The notes under the pieces: model-generated
What the model was told of the DNA's origin: nothing
Database searches by the model: none
The model's input: only the letters and a program-made list of their open reading frames with translations
Origin: an uncultured Chloroflexia bacterium
Lineage (GTDB): Bacteria > Chloroflexota > Anaerolineae > Anaerolineales > UBA4823
DNA: 64,000 bases
Direction: 5' to 3'
NCBI GenBank assembly: GCA_963788305.1
Contig: CAWBGK010000016.1
Coordinates: 119,500-183,499, forward strand
In this document: positions 31,122 to 41,563 of the stretch, in pieces
How the letters are laid out: the number at the start of each line of letters is the position of its first letter
Numbering within the stretch: the first letter of the stretch is position 1
Translations under genes and position numbers: made by a program

Positions 31122-34100
31122 TCACAACTCAGGTAGATACACGGGTAATGCGAAGGAAAAAATACAACCTTGACCTGGAATTCCAGAACTTTCCACCCAA
31201 ATTCGACCTCCGTGCATCTCAATCATGCTCTTTACAATCGAAAGCCCCAATCCGGTGCCGGCAACACCAAGCGTAAGAGAGTTTTCTCCACGATAGAAGC
31301 GCTCAAAAACAAGTGTCTTGTCAATCGGATTGATCCCTATCCCTGAATCCTCAACATTGACCTGCAGCTCCATGCCAGATCGTTTGATTGATAACCGTAT
31401 ATGTCCATCCTCTAAATTATACAGATAGGCATTCTCCAGGAGATTATCAAAGACTCGACGGATTTTATCTGGATCGGCCTGAACCAGCGGAAGATGAGGC
31501 TCGAATGCATTATCGACATGGACAATTCGTTCACCATCCTTTATCCGAAGTTGAAAATCCTCAAGCGCATTCTCAGCGATCTGTTCCAAATTCAACGGTA
31601 CAAGTGAGAGCCTTACTCTCCCTGACTCTATCTGCGAAATATCAAGCAGATCGTTTACAAGTACGGACAATCTTTCTGTATTCTTTTTTACAACATTCAG
31701 AAAATGGATTTGTTGTTCTGAAAGGTCTCCTGCCGCGCCCATGAGTAAAATTTCGACATAACCCTTGATCGAAGTCATTGGAGTCCGCAGCTCGTGACTC
31801 ACGGTTGCCACAAACTCTGACTTCAGTCGATCTACTTCAACTTGATGGGTTACATCTTGAAATATGGACACAGTTCCAAGGAAATCATTCCGCAGGCTTA
31901 CAGGAGCCAGATGTACGGAGATAACTCGTCCATCTTCCAGGATGATCTGCTCGATCTGAGAATGACCAGGTAAACGACCTTCATCTACCGATGACCAACC
32001 GTTGATTTTTTCAAGCCATTTGCTGGTTGCCAGTCCGAACAGCCCGGCAAAATGCTCCATCGATTTTCCAATTGCCTGTAAACGGTCAATGCCAAGAATT
32101 TTTTCGGCTGATTCGTTAAATAATGTTATCTGGCGGTTTGAATCAGTGACTAATACTCCATCCGCTACAGCTTCGAGGATAGCTTTTGAGCGAGAAGTCT
32201 CAATCTGCTGATTGCGTAACATCGATCCGAGGTCTTCGGCCTGATCACGAATTAAACGGAACAATTCGGCATTATTCACTGAGATTGAAACCTGGTTAGC
32301 TGCAGCCTGGACAAGGTCCAGCTGGTCCAATGAAAAGTAATCCGGTTTTGAATTAAAAAGCACAAGGCAGCCCAGGGCTTCAGCCCCGCTCATCAACGGT
32401 ACCGCGATCACACTCTCGAATCGATTTTTATCTTCTGTCAAAAAATGCTGCTGCCAGCGATTATCCTGACTCGCATGCTTCAGCAAGAGTGGTTGACGGT
32501 GACGGAGTATCCAGGCTCCAAGATCTTGCTCCAGCAGCTGCCCATGATCCTGCTCTTTTTGCTCTAGTTCATAGTTCCGTCTAATCAATGCGAGCCGTTG
32601 CAGCTTCGTCTGGTCTGGGCGTTGAATGAGGATCGAGATTTGATCAGCATCGACATATTCGCTTAACACCAGGAGTGTTTGATCCAATACTTGGTTCAAG
32701 TCCAGGCTTGCAGACAGCTCAGTCATAATCCGAAGCAAGGTCTCTGAACGCATGTGCTCGCGTTCCAAATCGGCGGTACGCTGCTGAACGCGCAACTCCA
32801 GCCCTTCTGTCAGGCTCCGAGTTTCTTCGAACAGTCGAGCTTTTTTGAGTGCAGTGGCCACCTGGTTGCAGATGGTCCTGGCAAGCTCAACTTCTTCATA
32901 ACTGAAATGGTGGAAATCGATGGTGTGGGCAAAGATCAATCCGTGGATTTCGCGGAAGGCGTCTCCTTCCGTAGACTCGATTGACCCGCTTAAGATTGGA
33001 ACGATTAATAGAGAGCAGGTGTTATGACACGAAAATAGCTCCTTAAAAACCTCCAGATCTGATTCGTCGGAAACGTCAGTCGTCGTGAATATACCACCGC
33101 TCCTTGTGATATGTTCCACGATCGGGGTTTCAGGCAAGAAGGTCATGACCGGGATCTGCGATATGCCTGGAGCTGTGGCAGGTAATTCGACCTGGAGGAC
33201 AAAAGAGCCCCGCTGTTCTTTCAATGAGAAATCTATCCGGTCTTTAGCGAGAGTTATTTCAGACGCCAAAAAGTTCGTCATTTCCAATTTTTCGCCTGGT
33301 TCGAAAAATTGGAAAACCGAAACGGAGGAGCAAGAAAGTAATTCCAGAAATTCCTGGGCAGCGGTTGTCAGGATTTCCTCTGCATTCAGGGACTTACTCA
33401 ATTCTCCGGAAAGTCTATAAAGGTTATTTAAAGTCTGCGAATATTGATCGAGCTCTAAGGCTCGGGAGATACTGTCTTGATATAAATCTGCATTCTTCAA
33501 GCTTGAAGCAGCCTGAGCAGCGAAAGTCGCCGCGACCTGGATATCATCGAGGCTGAAATAGTCTGATTCGGCTTTTTCGAGGGCGATCACACCGCTCACC
33601 TGATCGGACAAGACCAGAGGAATGCCCAGCCACGAAAGGCATTTATTCTCAATCCCGATTCTTTTTAATCCCCCATCATTTTCAAAACCAGATTCTTCTT
33701 CAAGGGTTATAGGGTGAAAACGAGGATCATCCAAAACATTGGGGACCCGGAGGGGTTTCCTGGTCCGAATCATCTCATCCATCAGCCGGCTGTCCTGGAT
33801 ATCGACAGTCAGACCGATCTGCTGATCTTTTGGATCAAATCCACGCGCTGCAACGATCACCAACCGGTCGACATTGCGATCCTGATTTCGCAGCCAGAGA
33901 GTGCCCGTATCATAATTCAGTATGTATTTAATTTGATCAAGCAGACTTGCGATTAACGGCTCTTTTTCCAGGATTGAGGTGATTCGGGTCGAAGCCCTTG
34001 TCAATGCCTGGAGCTGCCTGGACCTCTGCTCAGATTCTTCAAACAGCCTGGCGTTTTCGATCGATAATGCCGTTTGATGAGCCAATGATGTCAGAACAGC

Positions 34101-37100
34101 CAGATCTTCCTCGTGGAATGAACCTGGGTTTTCACTGTTATCCAGGACCAGTACACCTATTGGCATCTGTCCGGTCTCATTAGATCGGTCTTTTTGGGCA
34201 GATGCAGCTTCACCTCCAATTTCGGTATAATGCATGCCAGTCATGATCGGGACAGCTATGCTGGAAACAGGCAGCTTTCCACCAGTGGCCTTGCGGAAAT
34301 GGATCATATTCTCTGATCTGAAGTTGTAATGCACAAGGAAATCGATCTCATCCAGCTTGATCGTTTGTTTCTTGTCGAAGGCGATTCCTGCCAGGCTTTC
34401 CCCCGGACGGTAAAGGACCTTCTTCAACTCCTCCATATCAGAATATCCTGCTGCCGAATGGGGAATAAGACAACCCATGCGCGAATCCCACAAAGCCACC
34501 ATAGCCATCTGGGCGCCGGGAACTAATTTCATTGTACTTTCAAGGAGCGACTGAATGATGCTCGCAAGGTCAAGATTACCTAGCTTTTGGCTGAAATCAA
34601 GCAGAAGATTGACCTCGCGTAAACGGCGAGCTGTAAGCTCATAATACCCAATATTGCGCAGTGACGCCGCCGTCTGGATGGCAAGCAAGTCCATCACATC
34701 CTTATCATCTTTGGTGAATGATGACCTGGCTTTTTGACTTGTAGCCAGTAAACCGATCTGTCCACAAGACGCATTGCCTTCTAAAAAGCGGGCATCCTCA
34801 TATAGGTCATCTGGCAAAGTGAAACATATGAAACTTCGAGCTTGAAGCGAATGAAGCAGCGGTGTTTCACGCCATTCTTCGCTTTCATCCACATCCGAAA
34901 TGAACAAGCTCTCACTATGGTTCATGCAGGCGCGGAATGGGTTTTTTTGGCCCAATAACAATTGAGGATACGTTTCTGGTGGAATCTGGCCAAAGACCTC
35001 GATCAGATTCAGGCTATTTTGAGACTTGGAAGCGATCAATACAGCATCAAAATCCATTCTTTTTACGATTTCGTCTCCAAGCGTTGAAAATAACTTCTCC
35101 CTGCTGGTTTGAAGCGAGATCAGGTTTACAAGGTCAAGACATCCACGGAATCTTGCTGCCCGAGACTCGAGATCTTGAGTCTTTAAATTCCAGACATGGG
35201 ATCTCTCTGTTAAATCAGAGATGTCATGCCACGTTTCGTTGGCTAATTGTCTCGTGGATTCAATCTCATCCCCAATTTGTTTAATCTGAGAATTCATTTC
35301 AAGGTTTTTTTGGTGACCCTCGATCAAGCCGCTAGTTTGCCTGCTGATTATCTCCAGTGTTTCGATGGTCGACCGATCTGGGCGCCTCCGATCGCGCGGC
35401 GAACCGAGGCTGATCAATCCCAACGGTTCACCTGACGAGCTGAAAATAGGGACAACCAGCAGATCATTCAGCTTCCAGGTCTTTCCTTCGCCAGTATCAT
35501 TCTCATCAGCAAGAGGAAAAGGTTGATTAATATCTTGTTGAATTAAAATTGCTTCTTCTGATGGGAAAAAATAAGCAGCTCCAATTTTCAAATCCGGTTT
35601 CAAAAAGGCTTCGAAGTCCGCCCAGATTTTAAGATAGGCGCACAGATTTTCTATCGCCTGATCCGGAATGCCCGCGAAGGCAACACGAACCAAACAGGAA
35701 GCAGCATGGTCAAGCAAGCTGATCGCCACGGCATTAAAGGGTGTTGCAGTTAGGATTACGCCTGCAATCATCTCAAGCATATTTTCAATGGGGCGTTCAG
35801 TTCCCAGCGCTCGGGATACATCAAGCAGACCGGTAAGAACTTCAACCTGTGTTTTCAGGCTTTCGGCGCGCCGGATCTGGTCGGCATAGCGCATTGCATT
35901 TCCGAGTGCAAAAGAGGCTTGAACTGCAAGAGCTTCGCCGATTTCGCGTTCAGCAGAACCAAAGCGATCAGCCTCCCACGCGTGCAGCTGGACCAAACCG
36001 GCAATTTGACCTTGATACGAGATCGGGATCATAAGCACCGAACGGATACCTGCATGTACCGGTCGGGGACCGTGATCCATTTGAATCTCATTAAAATCTC
36101 GAATAATCTGGGATTCGCCGGTCAGGATCACTTGCGCCTCAAGCTCACCTAAAGTTTCACCTGGACGATCACCCACATAATGGATAATTTCGGCTTGCTG
36201 TAGGACCGGCTCGATTCGCTCTGATAAGAAACCGAATGCATCGGTATCGATCTGGAAAAGGAAAATGCTGCCGCAATCCGCCCCTGTCATTTTTATCAAT
36301 TCGTCAAATACCTGCTGCAACAACCGCTGTAAATCCAACGTCCGGTTCAACTCACGGCTGATCCGGGTAATCGAGGTCAGCTGCTCGATTCTTAAACGCA
36401 ATGTCTGGTCCGTTTGTAATGAGAGGGCAGATTGATCGATTGCTGCCGCCAGCAATCCGGCTGCTGTAACCACGGTTTGCAAATCAAGACGAAGAAAGAA
36501 ATCCGGTTTGAAGCTCCCAACGAGAAGTTCTCCTATCCCGCGCTCTCGACAGATCAGGGGAGCACATACAATGGACTGCAGCCGGAATTCCTTAATCCAC
36601 GGCCAATAATTCAACCGGGAATCGAACTTTCCAAGCAGGTTCTCCACTACGAATGCCTTCTGTGTATATACTGCTGACTGCTGATATTCAGCCGAGTTTA
36701 TCGAGATTTGTGCTATCGATGCACCGGCACAGGCTTTGAATCCAAAGGCAGACTCTTCATGGAGGGACAACTCACCGTGATTTTCATCTATAAGTGAGAT
36801 GACCGCAGCATCAGCACCTAATAACCGTGCCAGGTCTTGCAATGAGTACTTCAAGATTTCATCTAAGGTGGCAGCTGAGCTGGTCAGGCTTGCAATCCTC
36901 CTCAAACTCTCTGCCCTTTGCGCCCGCTGACGCGAGCCCTGGACCAATCCTGCGTTCTCGATGATCGGAGAAGCCTGACTTGCTATGATCTCTAATAATC
37001 GCATATCAGCCGAACCAAGACCAGTACCATCTCGTTTCTTTGCCACAACAAGGAAACCAAGCGATCGTCCTCCTGAGGACAGCGGGATTAAGACAACCTG

Positions 37101-38474
37101 ACGAATTCCTGAAGCCTGTGCCAGGTGCTGAAACTCCAACAATTGCAGGCGAGCGTCCTCCGTTGCATCCTCACTTAAGATGGGTTGGATCCGGTTGATA
37201 ACTTCTTCTTTCAGGCTGCCTGGCTCGATCGTGGTTTGGTACCATTCCACCACGCTGTCAAGAATCCCGAAAAACGGCGTTTGCCCACGCAGCAGTCGGC
37301 GCTCTTCGTCATAGATCAGAAATCCTAAAAACTCAACTGGAAATATCGTTGCGATGCTCTCAACCAGGCGGTGATAAAGGTCTCGAGGATCGCTGATTAA
37401 ATGGACAACCTGGGCAAGCTGCACCAGACCAGAAAGCTCGCATGTAAGCCGGTGTTCTTTCTCGAAAGCCAGTGCATTTTTTAATGATATCGCAGCCTGC
37501 CCAGCCAATAAATTCATCAACTCCAGATCATTATCTGAATAAAATCCTGGGCTAAGCGAAGCGACCTCGAACGATCCGATGATCTCTCCGCAGGTTGTCA
37601 GTGGGACACCTATATATGAGCGGTATGGAAAGGTAATGCCATCTGCTTTCTGATGGAGGTCTTCAAACCTATCGATATCACGAATCAATAAAGGTTTGCG
37701 GTTTTTGATTAGATAATCAGATAATCGTGACTCGGAAGGGTCATTTCCTTCCGCTCGTTCCAGGCGAAGCTCGTCTCCGGGCAGCCCTACAAATCGAAAT
37801 CGGGTCAATTCTTTCGGTTCACCGATCAAGACCGTCGCTTCAAGGAAATCTGAAGGGATAATTCGCTCAGCACTTTCTAAAATTGTTCGAATTGTGGAAT
37901 TTACATTGGTACTATTCGCTATTGCCTGGCTGATTTCAGTAAAGATTTGAAAGGCTTGAGCTGACTGCAAAGCAGCTGGTTCAGCTTCATTTGCTGAACT
38001 GTTTATGAGCCCTGCACTGCGGTTAAAAACCAGTTGGGTAGGGCGCAAGACAACAGCGATCCCTTCCATTGGTCTCGGGTCCCCGTCGGAAAAGCAGGGA
38101 ACAAAATAAGAAGCCCCCTCAATTGTTCGGCCGTTTAATAAAAAGTAAGCTTTACATTCATACGAGCAAAGCGCCAAAAAATCCTCACCTGGTCGGGCGC
38201 GCCGTGCCAGATTTTCCAGATCGGGCAGTTCATCCCAGTCATCGAAAAGGCGCTGTGCCGCATGATTGATGTATCTGATCCGTCCTCCAGCTTGGACAAA
38301 AAGCAAGCCATCATCATGCGAGGTCGAGGGATCAAAGCCTGATTGAATTCTTTTAGCAGCGAGAAGAACTGGCTTTCTCTGAGAGTTCCTTATGGCCGCC
38401 TGGGTGGCAGCCATAAAGCCAAGCCCCAAGAAAACAAATATCACTCCCAGTAAGGCTGGACTCAGCTCAGACAT
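31122..38474 (-). CDS. Giant sensor histidine kinase (2450 aa): N-terminal TM, roughly ten tandem GAF domains, PAS, HisKA, HATPase_c
   Basis: The H-box EFVATVSHELRTPMTSIKGY is encoded near 31780-31810. The C-terminal N/G1/G2 boxes are NLLENA, EDSGIGI and GTGLGLSIV. A PAS-like segment SKAILEAVADGVLVTD is present. The preceding 1900 aa or so show the repeated GAF-like periodicity. The reading frame is uninterrupted over 7.35 kb. Confidence 0.9.
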   Translation of the reverse strand: MSELSPALLGVIFVFLGLGFMAATQAAIRNSQRKPVLLAAKRIQSGFDPSTSHDDGLLFVQAGGRIRYINHAAQRLFDDWDELPDLENLARRARPGEDFLALCSYECKAYFLLNGRTIEGASYFVPCFSDGDPRPMEGIAVVLRPTQLVFNRSAGLINSSANEAEPAALQSAQAFQIFTEISQAIANSTNVNSTIRTILESAERIIPSDFLEATVLIGEPKELTRFRFVGLPGDELRLERAEGNDPSESRLSDYLIKNRKPLLIRDIDRFEDLHQKADGITFPYRSYIGVPLTTCGEIIGSFEVASLSPGFYSDNDLELMNLLAGQAAISLKNALAFEKEHRLTCELSGLVQLAQVVHLISDPRDLYHRLVESIATIFPVEFLGFLIYDEERRLLRGQTPFFGILDSVVEWYQTTIEPGSLKEEVINRIQPILSEDATEDARLQLLEFQHLAQASGIRQVVLIPLSSGGRSLGFLVVAKKRDGTGLGSADMRLLEIIASQASPIIENAGLVQGSRQRAQRAESLRRIASLTSSAATLDEILKYSLQDLARLLGADAAVISLIDENHGELSLHEESAFGFKACAGASIAQISINSAEYQQSAVYTQKAFVVENLLGKFDSRLNYWPWIKEFRLQSIVCAPLICRERGIGELLVGSFKPDFFLRLDLQTVVTAAGLLAAAIDQSALSLQTDQTLRLRIEQLTSITRISRELNRTLDLQRLLQQVFDELIKMTGADCGSIFLFQIDTDAFGFLSERIEPVLQQAEIIHYVGDRPGETLGELEAQVILTGESQIIRDFNEIQMDHGPRPVHAGIRSVLMIPISYQGQIAGLVQLHAWEADRFGSAEREIGEALAVQASFALGNAMRYADQIRRAESLKTQVEVLTGLLDVSRALGTERPIENMLEMIAGVILTATPFNAVAISLLDHAASCLVRVAFAGIPDQAIENLCAYLKIWADFEAFLKPDLKIGAAYFFPSEEAILIQQDINQPFPLADENDTGEGKTWKLNDLLVVPIFSSSGEPLGLISLGSPRDRRRPDRSTIETLEIISRQTSGLIEGHQKNLEMNSQIKQIGDEIESTRQLANETWHDISDLTERSHVWNLKTQDLESRAARFRGCLDLVNLISLQTSREKLFSTLGDEIVKRMDFDAVLIASKSQNSLNLIEVFGQIPPETYPQLLLGQKNPFRACMNHSESLFISDVDESEEWRETPLLHSLQARSFICFTLPDDLYEDARFLEGNASCGQIGLLATSQKARSSFTKDDKDVMDLLAIQTAASLRNIGYYELTARRLREVNLLLDFSQKLGNLDLASIIQSLLESTMKLVPGAQMAMVALWDSRMGCLIPHSAAGYSDMEELKKVLYRPGESLAGIAFDKKQTIKLDEIDFLVHYNFRSENMIHFRKATGGKLPVSSIAVPIMTGMHYTEIGGEAASAQKDRSNETGQMPIGVLVLDNSENPGSFHEEDLAVLTSLAHQTALSIENARLFEESEQRSRQLQALTRASTRITSILEKEPLIASLLDQIKYILNYDTGTLWLRNQDRNVDRLVIVAARGFDPKDQQIGLTVDIQDSRLMDEMIRTRKPLRVPNVLDDPRFHPITLEEESGFENDGGLKRIGIENKCLSWLGIPLVLSDQVSGVIALEKAESDYFSLDDIQVAATFAAQAASSLKNADLYQDSISRALELDQYSQTLNNLYRLSGELSKSLNAEEILTTAAQEFLELLSCSSVSVFQFFEPGEKLEMTNFLASEITLAKDRIDFSLKEQRGSFVLQVELPATAPGISQIPVMTFLPETPIVEHITRSGGIFTTTDVSDESDLEVFKELFSCHNTCSLLIVPILSGSIESTEGDAFREIHGLIFAHTIDFHHFSYEEVELARTICNQVATALKKARLFEETRSLTEGLELRVQQRTADLEREHMRSETLLRIMTELSASLDLNQVLDQTLLVLSEYVDADQISILIQRPDQTKLQRLALIRRNYELEQKEQDHGQLLEQDLGAWILRHRQPLLLKHASQDNRWQQHFLTEDKNRFESVIAVPLMSGAEALGCLVLFNSKPDYFSLDQLDLVQAAANQVSISVNNAELFRLIRDQAEDLGSMLRNQQIETSRSKAILEAVADGVLVTDSNRQITLFNESAEKILGIDRLQAIGKSMEHFAGLFGLATSKWLEKINGWSSVDEGRLPGHSQIEQIILEDGRVISVHLAPVSLRNDFLGTVSIFQDVTHQVEVDRLKSEFVATVSHELRTPMTSIKGYVEILLMGAAGDLSEQQIHFLNVVKKNTERLSVLVNDLLDISQIESGRVRLSLVPLNLEQIAENALEDFQLRIKDGERIVHVDNAFEPHLPLVQADPDKIRRVFDNLLENAYLYNLEDGHIRLSIKRSGMELQVNVEDSGIGINPIDKTLVFERFYRGENSLTLGVAGTGLGLSIVKSMIEMHGGRIWVESSGIPGQGCIFSFALPVYLPEL

Positions 38475-38481
38475 CTTTTGA

Positions 38482-39375
38482 TTAATTCAAGCTTTGCTGC
38501 CGCCTAGATTCTGCGGCTAGTTCGGTGATTTCACGGATGTCCGAAAAATCATTCTTTGAAGGTGAGACGATCCCGACTGCCAGCTTCATCAGCGGAGCCT
38601 GAACCACCGAGCCATCGGACAACTCAGCTTCAATAAAGCCCCTTTCACGATCAAGGAATGAATAATGCGCCAGCGATTCTTCTTTAAAACGTTGTCTCAA
38701 GATATCGGAAATCTTCCGAACAGCGGCTTCAGTCGTCACTACGACAAAATTCTCTCCACCCGAGTGTCCAATGAAATCATTCTGAGTACCTAACTCATCA
38801 ATAACATCACCCATCAGCATTGCAGTGAATCGGAGCAAATTATCTGCTGCGACAAAACCATATACATCTCGGAAGACTTCATAATGGATGATGCGCAGAT
38901 CCATGAACGCCCAAGAATCCAACCGGATAATTCGGCGCAGTTGTTCTTCTATCAGCCGACCGGAAGGAAGTCCGGAACGTGGGTCGGTCAGGCTCTGTTG
39001 GTCAGCCCGTGTGATGGCACGCTGGACGCGCAGCTTGAGCTCTTCAATATCAAACGGTTTCGTGATGTAATCGTCGGCGCCGAGCTCTAATCCCTGGAGC
39101 TTATCGCTTCTCTCGTCTTTCTGAGTGAGGAATATGATCGGGACATGACTCGTGCGGGTATGCGTACGTAATACTCTGCATACATCGAAACCGTCTATAT
39201 CCGGGAGCATGATGTCCAGGACGATTAGATTCGGCAGGTTCTGGCGTGTTTTTTCCAACGCCTCAGACCCTCGATGGGCCAAATCGACTTCAAAATTTTG
39301 TGCATTGAATAAGATTTGAAGCATGTTGGCGATATCAGTATCATCTTCAACAATCAGCAACCGGGGTTTTCCCAT
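38482..39375 (-). CDS. Response regulator with receiver plus degenerate GGDEF domain (GGENF)
   Basis: The REC domain is LLIVEDDTDI...LIVLDIMLPDIDGF...DDYITKPF. The C-terminal domain carries DPRSGLPSGR (degenerate GL.NR) and HSGGENF (nt about 38747-38767) in place of RxGGDEF. Confidence 0.85.
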   Translation of the reverse strand: MGKPRLLIVEDDTDIANMLQILFNAQNFEVDLAHRGSEALEKTRQNLPNLIVLDIMLPDIDGFDVCRVLRTHTRTSHVPIIFLTQKDERSDKLQGLELGADDYITKPFDIEELKLRVQRAITRADQQSLTDPRSGLPSGRLIEEQLRRIIRLDSWAFMDLRIIHYEVFRDVYGFVAADNLLRFTAMLMGDVIDELGTQNDFIGHSGGENFVVVTTEAAVRKISDILRQRFKEESLAHYSFLDRERGFIEAELSDGSVVQAPLMKLAVGIVSPSKNDFSDIREITELAAESRRQQSLN

Positions 39376-39414
39376 TCCAGCCTCCCGAGAAAATCAATAG
39401 CTTAATCTTCTCAC

Positions 39415-40719
39415 TCACCAGATTTCTTCGACAACTTCGCCTTTACGCGGGTAGAGGCGTGGATGCAGTTGAGCAAATGCCAGGGTATGGTGATCGCTTT
39501 GCTCGTAGTGGATATCTCTATCGATCACACGTCGCTCATGGGATGCAAATAACACGACGTCCGACTCGACAGTGCGCGCCGGGAATACAATCAGTCCAGA
39601 TCCCAGCCGGCAGTTATGTCCTACACAACCACCCAATACAGGACGATTGGATTCATTGAGACACCCTCCACCATCAATCGCCCTCAATGGCGCAGACAGA
39701 AGATTAAAATCGGTAAAAGTCGATCCAGCTCCGATGAAAGTATTTCGACCGATCACACACATCTGCAAACAGGTGTTTTGAGCCACCATGCTGTTGTCCA
39801 TCAAGGTAGTCATAAACAAAGATGTCCGGAATGGTAAAAAAGCCCCATCCCCAATCACTGAAAGCATGAGCTGGCAGTCTTGAGAAATGTTGACGTTATC
39901 GCCAATGATGCAGTTTTCGATAACTGCCCCGGCATTGATCGTTACATTATTCCCGATCGATGTTGGGCCGTGGATCACAGCGCTCGGATCGATAACGCAG
40001 TTACTTCCAGTTCGAACAAGCTTTGAACATTCAAGCACCTGTTTTCCTTCAAACATCCCCGCTGCCAGGATGCCCAATTTAAAGAGCACATCCGTCTCGA
40101 GCTGATCTTCGAATCGAGCTCCGCGCGCGAATAATCCAAATACAACATCCGCAATGAAAATGTGCACCCAAGAGTTGATAGCGAGCAGGCTGCGACGAGG
40201 CACATGGAATAGCAGGTCCCCCTGCTCTTGAGCCATGTAGGTAGGCACGTGATAATATCCCACCTCACGGGATTCCAATCCTATCGCCAGCGGCTCGAAA
40301 GATCGCATGGATCTCCAGTCTGTATGTTCGCGCTGGATACCTGCTGGAAAATACCACAAATCTGCCAGGAAAATCTCGTCATAAGGCGTGTAGGAGACGG
40401 AGAGCGGCAAAGCGTGTTCTTTAAATGCCAGATCGGCTGCTGAAAACGCGGCCCGGCTGGGTAATTTCCGCTGCTGGGCAGCCGTGATGAAATCTCTGAT
40501 ATATTGAGCATCGAAGAAAAGGTTATCACGGTAAACAAGACACGCTTCTTGAGTCTCAATTAGAGATTCCCAAGGCTTCAGCTCGACTTCGCGATGAGTA
40601 TAAGGCGAAAGGACATCGCGCTGGTACAGCCAGAGTGGTTTATTCTGGATCCGCAAATCTCGGGCGGGTTCATTAAAAGGGTGGATGTGGCGTTGGTCCT
40701 GCAGGATGATTTTTAACAT
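39415..40719 (-). CDS. Left-handed beta-helix (hexapeptide-repeat) protein with a GlmU-like but atypical N-terminal domain
   Basis: Residues 235-400 show imperfect hexapeptide periodicity (IGNNVTINAGAVIENCIIGDNVNISQDCQL..., VGHNCRLGSGLIVFP). The N-terminal 220 aa lack a recognisable nucleotidyltransferase G-x-G-x-R motif. Confidence 0.6.
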   Translation of the reverse strand: MLKIILQDQRHIHPFNEPARDLRIQNKPLWLYQRDVLSPYTHREVELKPWESLIETQEACLVYRDNLFFDAQYIRDFITAAQQRKLPSRAAFSAADLAFKEHALPLSVSYTPYDEIFLADLWYFPAGIQREHTDWRSMRSFEPLAIGLESREVGYYHVPTYMAQEQGDLLFHVPRRSLLAINSWVHIFIADVVFGLFARGARFEDQLETDVLFKLGILAAGMFEGKQVLECSKLVRTGSNCVIDPSAVIHGPTSIGNNVTINAGAVIENCIIGDNVNISQDCQLMLSVIGDGAFLPFRTSLFMTTLMDNSMVAQNTCLQMCVIGRNTFIGAGSTFTDFNLLSAPLRAIDGGGCLNESNRPVLGGCVGHNCRLGSGLIVFPARTVESDVVLFASHERRVIDRDIHYEQSDHHTLAFAQLHPRLYPRKGEVVEEIW

Positions 40720-40741
40720 TAATTTCTGATTTTGTTCGAGT

Positions 40742-41530
40742 TTAACAAGGTTCGCCTAAAAAGCTTGCCAGTATATTAACAAACTGGTTTGGCTCATCCA
40801 GCATGATGAAGTGTCCGGATTGGGGAAAGCGCTCGATTTGGGCATGCGCAATCCCTGACTTCAATGAAGACCATTCCTTAGGATCCACGACGATATCTCG
40901 ATCCCCATACATTCCCATGACTGGCGCCGTGACCTGATGCAGGACGGGGCGGAGATCTGTCCTGCGAAGCGAAGCAATACTGAGAAGGAATGATTCCAAA
41001 GTCGTGCTGGAAATATCCCGGTTCATCATTTCTGGCCAGCGCGGATCGCGAGAATATGAGCGCCTAAGCACCCGAAATCCCAGCTTGAGCCCCCACAAAT
41101 TATGGTGTACGATCGATGCGATCGGTCGCAGTCCAAAAAGCTTGAGCAAGAACGAGAGGGACGACCCCACAATGGGTGAGCCAATGACCACCACCTTTCG
41201 GACGCGATTCGGGTATCGTATCGCCACCGCCAAGCTGACTGTCCCACCCATGCTGTGCCCGACCAGGGGAGCGTTCTCGATCCCGAGCTGCTCCATGAAT
41301 TGATCGACGAGATTGATGAAATCCGCCACTCTATAGGTGTCGAGTTTTGGTCCTGACTCACCGAAACCCCAAAAATCAAGCGCGTAGGTTCGGAAATGTC
41401 TGCCGAGCCGGGTCATCGTCTCCTGCCATAAACCCCACGAACCCAGCCAACCATGAAGCAGGATCACCGGTTTCCCGCGACCGTAAACCTCGTAATGAAT
41501 TATTCCCTGATCAGTGACAAATGAAGACAC
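40742..41530 (-). CDS. Alpha/beta hydrolase with an intact Ser-Asp-His triad
   Basis: GHSMGG (Ser93), GDRDIVV and SGHFIMLDE. It is a paralog of 29908..30699. Confidence 0.8.
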   Translation of the reverse strand: MSSFVTDQGIIHYEVYGRGKPVILLHGWLGSWGLWQETMTRLGRHFRTYALDFWGFGESGPKLDTYRVADFINLVDQFMEQLGIENAPLVGHSMGGTVSLAVAIRYPNRVRKVVVIGSPIVGSSLSFLLKLFGLRPIASIVHHNLWGLKLGFRVLRRSYSRDPRWPEMMNRDISSTTLESFLLSIASLRRTDLRPVLHQVTAPVMGMYGDRDIVVDPKEWSSLKSGIAHAQIERFPQSGHFIMLDEPNQFVNILASFLGEPC

Positions 41531-41563
41531 AATCCACTCAATTCAATTCTGATTTATCGCGAG

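Noticed and set aside
31388-36677. Multiple 60-118-aa plus-strand ORFs within the kinase gene
   Set aside because: All are antisense to an uninterrupted 2450-aa ORF with canonical kinase motifs, and none has a recognisable domain.
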